Origin: Paraphysomonas bandaiensis
Lineage: Eukaryota > Protista > Chrysophyceae
Direction of reading: 5' to 3'
Assembly (NCBI GenBank): GCA_965644295.1
Contig: CBFFRP010000437.1
Span: 1 to 64,000 of the forward strand
DNA length: 64,000 nucleotides
Part shown: positions 60,801-64,000 of the stretch, in pieces
How positions within the stretch are numbered: position 1 is the first letter of the stretch
Layout: every line of letters begins with the position of its first letter
Notes under the pieces: generated by a model
Told to the model about the DNA's origin: nothing
Database searches by the model: none
The model's input: only the letters and a program-made list of their open reading frames with translations
Program-made: the position numbers and the translations under genes

Positions 60801-62999
60801 AGAGGAAGGACCACAACGTAGACCGTAATTTATCTTTTTTATTTTCTAATTGCCAACGAATTGCATCGACAACTATCAAACGATCTCCCTTAGACGACTT
60901 TGTTTCTTGCCGTTTTACACCTTGGGGTCTTCCTGCTATGTTATCTCAACAACCATGTAATGTCTCATCCATGTATGCAATGCAGGCACCCGCTTGTTTT
61001 TCTTTTTTGATTGCATTTGTAGAGACGCTAATAAGTTGAGTGATGAACAAACCTGGAAAAGCGCTTTAAACCTGGTGAAATTTTGAAAATGTCGATTGAT
61101 GTTGAGTTTTTGATGATTTTTGTAATAAATACTGCAGCAGGTGTGAAGAGAACATGTTTTTAAAGACATTTAATAAGTTTTATATTAGTTACAGGCCAAA
61201 AATGTAAGAATGTAACGGTTACACTATACATGATATATGCGTACTATAGTGCTATGTATATTTCTCATGTAGAGCAAAGTTCTGTTGGCTAATTAAAAAT
61301 AATTACAAGCGATACTCAATATAAATCCTCGCACATTCGCTAGTAATACTAGATGCAGAATCAACTGCATCTACATCTACCCACCACTCCTTTTAGTGGG
61401 TTTCTAAATAGAACACCACCTCGGAGTACTGTCACTATTACTGGAAGGGATATTATGAGGCTTACCCTAGTGGGCTACGTTCAATATTAGGTACATTACA
61501 CAAATAATCATAATCTTGCGATCTGAAATGTCTGATGGCACTGCAGTGGATGATATTTGCAACTCTGTTAGACAGTCCACACTCTTACATGCAAACGACT
61601 TATAATGATCTCCATATACCCGTGCGACACTCCGTTGGCCTGAAAAATCCTTTCCCTCCCTCCTCACCAATGACAACACGAAATATGATTAGATAAACTT
61701 CACAAGACAAGCATTTCGAACTCTGCTGGCTGTAACAGTCGAACAAGCATCACGATTTCTATGCAAGACGCCCTCACATGCACACGTCATCATGCAAAAT
61801 ACACGGTATCACATCACATTATCATCGGTTTTTGTACATAAAAATAACATAAATTGTCGGATTTGCAGTGTTATCAAAGTCGAACCACATTCGTTTTCGT
61901 AAAGCGGTGCATGACACTTTGATGTCAAATTGGTTCTCGAGATACCGATGCAGATCCGCATATACGTATGCCTTGCGCCATCCCGCAATTCATTCATAAT
62001 GTAGTCATGATGAGATATAAGCATCTCTTTCTGAATTTTCGTGTGCTCAAGACATATATAGGCCTTGCTGCCTGTACCTCGAGTTGGTGCTATACTGCAC
62101 GGGGTACATTACACTTCTTGACCATTTGTGTCATACTCCTAAATGACATGTCTAACAGTCGTGTCACTCATATGTAATGCGACAGCAGTAAATTTAATGG
62201 CTGCGGTGTGGTTGCTTGCTCTCTTCTTCATAATAACATTAGAATAGATGAGTAAGACATTAACAACATCATTAAATGATGCCAATTGGCCTTGAGGTCG
62301 ACATAGCTCCTCCGTGCATTGTATCCAATGGATGATTTACTGACAGATTTTGATCTCTTGTTAACAAGCAGGCCTTTAAAGAAAATACCCAATGTGAGAT
62401 TGTCACCAGTGAAACTTACCACAAACAAGGAGTTCGTTAGAGGTGAAATGCAAAATATATATTTAGGACCACAGTGTTGGCATCATTCTATTCGATTAGG
62501 GTTACATTGCATACTCTAACACACGGTAGTAAGCAACAATTCTTGTGCGCTTGCCAGATAAAAAAGGAGCAGCAACAACTTCGCCAGTATCTACCTACTC
62601 TTGAACAGGGTCTTGGCACTTTTTCTCTTATTGGAGGGTGCTGTTACGAACTAATCGGTATGCATATTAGGTGCAAGGGAGAAGTGCTCAGGGGGCAAAA
62701 ACTAGCTGACTTTCCGTAACAGATCTCACCTCTCACATACACGTCACCCACTCCACTCCTCAAACGTGCGGCACAGGAACGCCAGAAACACTGCCCAAAA
62801 CTAACTAACACCAATACAAGGGACCGTTGCACCAAGGTGCTTGCAGCAATGCACAAGCAGTCCCGAGACGGTTGAATAATTTATTAAGTAGACACAGCCG
62901 TTCACATGTTCCGGACGGACGTCAGTGCCATATTCCGGACGTAAGTGATTGTTCATGACTCTGGCAACATTAATATGTGTATTTGTTACGGTCTAGCAT

Positions 63000-63600
63000 A
63001 CGGTCAAACTATTTTCCCCCTGCAACCGCTATATGTAAATTCCTTTTTGTCTTCATACATACATCCATTTTGTCTTCAGTCGTGCGACTCTTAGGGTGCG
63101 AAGGACTCAATTAATGTCCCTCTTGGTGCACGTGTTGGCTATCGCATGCTCTCGAGGAAGACTCCTTTAGCATGATGTCCTAGTGCGCGCTGTTGTGTGG
63201 CTATAGAGCTTCTGTTCTTGCAATCTGCATTAGTAGTAGGAATAATTTGGATGGGAGCATATGAGTATATGAGAGCTGTGACAACTGCTAGTAGATCGTA
63301 CGCATAAGGATCACTGACAGATATGCCTCTCACAAGAGTCGAAAGCCATAGAATTTTGCGCGACCACATATCCCCAAATCGCACTCCTGTGGAAGCCACA
63401 GACGATCCGCACCACCGGAGTGAGATCATGCGTGAGGCGGCGTAGCACTCCGTGAAGCTTGTGTGACATGAATCTGTAAAGCGGTCAACAAGGCTCAACA
63501 TTTCTGTGATTTCAGTAAAAATGTGATCGTCGAGGGGTTCAGATGGAGCAGGTTGTTGTAGGGTAAGACCCACTTCTGCACCCCATTCGTGGAGGCTTAG
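63000..63600 (-). pseudogene. Possible non-LTR retrotransposon (CRE-like) RT remnant
   Basis: YAASRMISL..GVRFGDMWSRK loosely resembles the non-LTR RT domain 1-2 consensus (ARLI.L.K..GVRPIA.GE.WRR). Confidence 0.25.
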
Positions 63601-64000
63601 GGTGAAATGGTGGTTGTCTGGGACAAAAGAAATCGGGCAGCATTCTCGGCTGCTCCTCCTAGGATATTTGCTCTCTGGAGGAGCCCCATTTCTGTTCCTG
63701 TGCTCGGTCAGAGAAGTGTTTTAGGCCTTAATAGTCGTCCGTAATATTAAATTAATTGTCTTACGTATTTTATAAATCACTATTAAATACTCTACTCTTA
63801 AAATATGTATTAATATTAAAAATACTAAATAAAATATATTAATACTGGATACGTTGGGTGGATTCATTATATAATAACAAACTATTTTTACTATTTTCTT
63901 ATATCCTTTGAAATAGTATCTAGTTAGTTGATAGCACTACTTTTTCAGTGGAAAAAGTGGATAATTTATTTTTTGTTTTTTAATGTATAATTTTAACTTA

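Noticed and set aside
1-64000. tRNA, 5S, snRNA genes, hammerhead ribozyme cores and telomeric arrays
   Set aside because: None recognised by eye; tRNAscan-SE and an Infernal/Rfam search would be needed to exclude them.

Overview
Eukaryotic nuclear DNA from a stramenopile, most likely an ochrophyte/chrysophyte-like protist (judged from the 18S sequence and short ~45-60 nt GT-AG introns). The window opens in the 5' ~1.15 kb of an 18S rRNA gene (minus strand) and its 5' ETS. Next comes a Ty1/copia-type ORF (Gag-PR-RT-RNaseH) that is uninterrupted yet lacks integrase and appears to be a splice of two different elements. Host genes: an orphan ~660-aa ORF, a type I membrane protein with three tandem repeats of an unrecognised beta-rich module, cathepsin L-like C1A protease, TrmB-like tRNA m7G methyltransferase, a CCCH zinc-finger protein, a 3xKH RNA-binding protein, two convergent S8 subtilases, CAND1, and a plasmepsin V-like A1 aspartic protease. 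Two very long ATAC/TATG microsatellites each fill most of the space between a divergent gene pair. Intergenic DNA holds several dispersed repeat families: a hairpin-rich ~450-bp family, CAGGG-ended hAT-like elements including a 5.6-kb cargo-carrying copy with an 8-bp TSD, and decayed copia, hAT, Tc1/IS630, piggyBac-like and possibly LINE remnants. All calls come from reading the sequence by eye; exon boundaries are approximate unless stated.
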